This document shows, piece by piece, positions 60,107 to 64,000 of a stretch of DNA of 64,000 nt. Position 1 is the stretch's first letter, and the number at the start of each line of letters is the position of its first letter. The DNA lies in NCBI RefSeq assembly GCF_001194135.2, contig NC_069001.1, positions 20,409,038 to 20,473,037 on the forward strand, written 5' to 3'. The notes below the pieces were generated by a model. It worked only from the letters and a program-made list of their open reading frames with translations. It ran no database searches and was not told the origin of the DNA. Origin of the DNA: Octopus bimaculoides (taxonomy: Eukaryota). Both the position numbers and the translations under genes were made by a program.

Positions 60107-61790
60107 AGCTTCATCGTTACAATAAAGTTTGAGGTCATGAATAACAAATGGTTGACTTTTTGTTGGCGGCTTTTGAATACATACCAAGCCTTTGCTTTCC
60201 TCAGAATTAGTGTTAGTGGTATCAAGCACAGTACAAAGATCAGTGGGGACAGGCAGTCCTCTTGGAAGATGCCCCTCCTAATTTCTACCATCCCTAAACT
60301 TCTTCTGTATGCTATCAGGTCCATCCCCCAATTCACCATACTTTTTTCCAAGCAATCGCACAACATTCAATGCAATACCAAATAGATTCATACACTCCAT
60401 AATCCAAGAATGTGGGATCATATTGTACGCCTTACAATAGTTGATCCATGACATGGCTAAGTTACTTTTCCTCCTCTTGCAGTCTCTAAGTACAATTTTG
60501 TCTATCAGGAGTTGATCCTTGGTACCTCTGCACTTACACTTGCAACCCTTCTGCTCATGTGGCAGGACTCCATTTTTTTTTCCAGATGTTCGCTCATTGA
60601 CTCTGCGAGTATTACAGTCAATAATCATCACATAAGTGACAGACAGGATATCAGCCTGTAATTGTCTACCATATTGCCTTTTTCAATGTTTTTCAGGCAT
60701 AGCAATGTCAATCACTTTGATGTTACTTGGTTGGCATTTAACAAGGTGTTGATTTGTGCAGCTATTCACGCATGACATTCACCAAATCTTTTCTTGTGCT
60801 TCCTTGTCTTTGCCCCAGATGTCACTCCAAAACCTTTGACTTTCAATGTTATCTGGTATCAACTTTTCGTCTGTACACTCTCCATTTATTTCTTTATAGA
60901 ATCTCTTCTGATCTACTCTGAATAACCTATTCTGGTGGTAACCCTCCATTTTTTGGTCGTATCTTACCATCTTTGCTTCCTTTGCAACGAGGCGTTGTTT
61001 CAATACCTCCACTACTATTTTCAGGCCCTTTCTTTCAATATTATACTTCCTTTTCAGCACCCTGTATTTTTGTTCGCTTTTAAGCTCCCCTTTCTCTTTT
61101 TGGTCTAGCACAGTGATTCCCTTCGAGAGCATGTCTGACCCTGCCTGGATTCTTCTTTTCCACCATGGATCTTTTCTTTTGTTACTCCCATTATGTTTCT
61201 TTTTCTTGACGTCAACACCCACGTTTTCTGCTACAATAATACTTGCTGCCTTGATCAAATTATTTGTTCCTGTGATGTTGTTTGTTCTGATGTATTTCAG
61301 AATTTCATTGACATTTTTCGTTTCTTGGTTCAATTTCTATTGATCAACCTTTTTAAGGTTGCAAATAATGTCACTATCATTCTCTTGTTGTCTTACCTTT
61401 ATTCTGTCATAGATTGCCTTTTGTTCATCTGTCATGTCGCCACTAGTTTTATTGTCTTCTTTTAGATCATCTATATTTCTCTCATCAAGTAAACTACCAC
61501 TTCTCCTTTCCTGTGCTATGGGATAACTTTTATTAGTAAGAACTGTATTTTCATTGTTACCTCTGCTGCTATTTTCCATGAGCTGTCTTTTCATAGCTTC
61601 GAACTCTACTTCTGTGAACCAACAATTTTTTCTCATTGCTCCAGCTTGATCACATAGTCTCTGTTCCGCAGCATTAATTTGTTTGCTCCATCTCCACTGT
61701 ATGTGGTGGTCCCTTTCTGGATATTGACAGGCTGGAGCCAGACCAGAATCTCTGAGCCTACCAGGTGTAACACTCACCATCATTGGCTTC
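60106..61790 (-). mobile_element. R4/Dong-type LINE copy 3 (N-terminal region to RT), lacking its 3' half
   Basis: ORFs 61337-61804, 60779-61333, 60278-60631 and 59950-60366 match copies 1 and 2. It stops just after the HLLFM motif. Confidence 0.88.
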
Positions 61791-63520
61791 AGTTTCATTA
61801 CCACTGTTATTTACAATATTTTGTTTTTTTCATTGTCACTCATATGAGGTAGCGATTATTAGGTTGCGCAATTACCAGTGTTTCTATTGTGACACCATCA
61901 CTAGATGTATCATTACTCAGCTCATGAGGCGGAGGAGGAGGAGTCTCCACCCATTTCCTTGCGTTATTATCATTATCATTACTGATATCACTAATATGAT
62001 TGTTTTTATGTGTAGTAGCAGCAGTGGTCGCAGCAGCAGCAACAGTAGCAGAGGTGGGGGAAGTGGTAAGGGTGGTAGTTGGGCCTCAGATTCCTGTACT
62101 ATCATAATAGTAGTAGTTGTAGTATTATTGTAGTGTTAGTTGTATTTAGTATTAGCAGCTGCATCATATTGTTATTTTTATTTTTATCATTATCACCATC
62201 ACCAACCACTACCATTGCTTGAGGAAATAGTTGGGTTGCAGTTTGGTGAATAGATCATATTCTACAGATCTATAAATAGATTCGGCAGATGGTGGGGAGG
62301 TCAGCCATAGAGACAAAGAAATCTTCGCACCCTTTGGGTCAGCAGAGGTCAAATGTGTTTACTACTACCAGTGGCCACTGAGAGCGCTGCCTTGAAAAGA
62401 AGCAATTCAACCTGTTCTATTTGTAATTACAGGTAGACAAAACAACAACAACAATAATAATATATATACACACACACATACTGATATTTACGTCGTTGAA
62501 TTTTTGAATTTCTGAATTCAATTGCGTTGTTGATATAAAATGTGTGTTTACATATTTGGGAAATATATTAAAGTTTTTAAGTTTTCTTGAGATGTTCGTG
62601 TGTCTGTCCAGCTGGAGAACACAGTGGGACTTTGTCTGTCAAGTAGGAGAATACTTTTAGATTTTCGAATACTCAAAGAGTGTCAAAAAGAAAAGAAAAC
62701 AAGTTTTAGACAGTAAAGTCTTAAGATTTACTAAATATGTTCTTTTGTATGACCGCACAGAGAGAAATGGTAGTGTTCTTAGAATAAAAAGGAGAATGAT
62801 GTTTACATTTTCGAATACTCAGGGAGAGAGGAAAGGATAAGTATTCAATCAGTAGTTGTAGATATTAAAGGTTTTTTTTTTGGGGGGGGGGGTTAAGCTG
62901 ATAGTTTGCGTGTTCAAAAGCTGTAGGTATGTAAGTTTCCTAACTTATTTTATTTTGATGGGGATTTAAAATATTCACTGGAAATTGTAGATATTCCAGT
63001 CTTTGGGAATAGTAGGAGGAAGAGATGTTCATCTTGTTGGATTTTTGAATTTCTGAATTTCTTTTGGAATTTTTCTTTTCTTTTTAAAAGTTTTGCTGTG
63101 GTTTTCAGTTTTTGTAGTTGTGCAGTATGTATATATTGGTAGGTGCTTACTTCCTTAATTTTTTGTCGTGCATTAATTGTGTTGTTACAATAAAAGGCAT
63201 GTTTTACATATTCTGTTAGTCAGGGAAGAAGGGAAGACAAAATGTTCACACAAAATTGGAGATATTAAAGTTTCTAAATTTTTTAAGGTGTTCGTTTCTA
63301 TGTCCAAAGCTGTAGATATGTAAGTTCCTTAACTTATTTTGAAGTAAATTCAAAATACTCACAGAAAACTGTAGATATTCCAGTCTTTTAGAGTTATTTT
63401 TTCAGTTGTCCTGCTGGGTTGCATTAGTGTTTCTGTGTCTTCAGCTGCTGACAGGTCAGAGCAGTGAAGAACATGTCCAGCTGCTGTCATGTCCAGTCGC
63501 GTATTCATTATTATTATTAT

Positions 63521-64000
63521 ATCTGCTCGGTCATACGGATGAACAGCCATCTATCGGAACCGTTTAACATCTTGCGTTCGGTTCGCCAAGGATGTCCTCT
63601 CTCCTCCCTTCTGTATGTACTGACTCTCGAACCATTACTGCAGAAGCTGGAGGCTTTGAGGGGCGTCCTGCGTGATTTGGGATGTGGAAGGAGCGTATCT
63701 GCCTATGCCGACGATGTCACCGTAATGGTGTCGAGCCACAGGCATATTGACCTGATTGGCGAGACACTAAACGAGTATGAAGTGGTGACAGGAGCGAAAA
63801 TTAACGCAGAAAAGTCAGTGGGCTTGCAACTAGGCACCTGGAGGGGCAAGTCCATGCCGTCCAACAGCGTCATAGGGTGCTGGACAGACGGACCCGTTAA
63901 ACTGCTCAGGGTCTGGTTTGGTCCAGACCTCCAGTTGGAGAAAAACTGGGAAGAAGTGACGAACAGGGTGGCCAACCTCACCCAGAAATGGGCTGAGAGG
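63521..64000 (+). mobile_element. Tx1/L1-clade LINE RT, 5'-truncated, running off the window
   Basis: Stop-free frame from 63524: SVIRMNSHLSEPFNILRSVRQGCPLSSLLYVLTLEPLL..SAYADDVTV..GAKINAEKS..LLRVWFG..NWEEV. GC- and CpG-rich. Confidence 0.9.

Noticed and set aside
59728-60366. ORFs with poly-I/T/H/Y/S/D tracts (also 13446-13744, 16532-16987, 22665-22919, 55707-55974)
   Set aside because: They are translations of trinucleotide and dinucleotide microsatellites, with no coding support.
62230-62435. Candidate next KCNQ1 exon (GC-richer stretch ending in CAG|GTAGAC)
   Set aside because: No frame resembles GILGSGFALKVQ or any KCNQ C-terminal segment I recognise.

Overview
Eukaryotic, AT-rich, repeat-dense genomic DNA with five N-gaps (11881-11980, 30241-30250, 41765-41816, 46864-47653, 52931-53439). 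It is probably from an octopus: this is inferred from SINE families I recognise and from a GC-rich, divergent 28S fragment, and it was not tested by a search. The only host gene I can support is a KCNQ1 (Kv7.1)-type potassium channel on the + strand. Six GT-AG exons at 15215-40413 encode S1 through S6 including the TIGYG filter. They correspond to human exons 2-7 in phase and length (91, 127, 79, 97, 129 vs 141, and 111 nt). Exon 1 and exons 8 onward were not found in the window. The introns are filled with mobile DNA: a Helitron end, four Gypsy elements or fragments, a Copia remnant, two Penelope-like families, R4/Dong-type RLE LINEs, RTE and Tx1/L1 LINEs, pogo, mariner, hAT and piggyBac-type DNA elements, several SINEs, a long degenerate satellite, a LINE-derived minisatellite and a 28S rRNA fragment. 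Most worth checking: (1) a Penelope family whose 3' region carries a tRNA-derived Pol III head followed by a minimal hammerhead ribozyme; (2) a second hammerhead in a Neptune-like family; (3) a twin-priming-type 5' inversion in an RLE LINE; (4) a Met at the normally small residue preceding TIGYG, plus a shortened basic turret, in KCNQ1; (5) a 28S insert ending in the hidden-break region. All alignments were done by eye, and mobile-element boundaries are approximate unless a TIR or TSD is cited.
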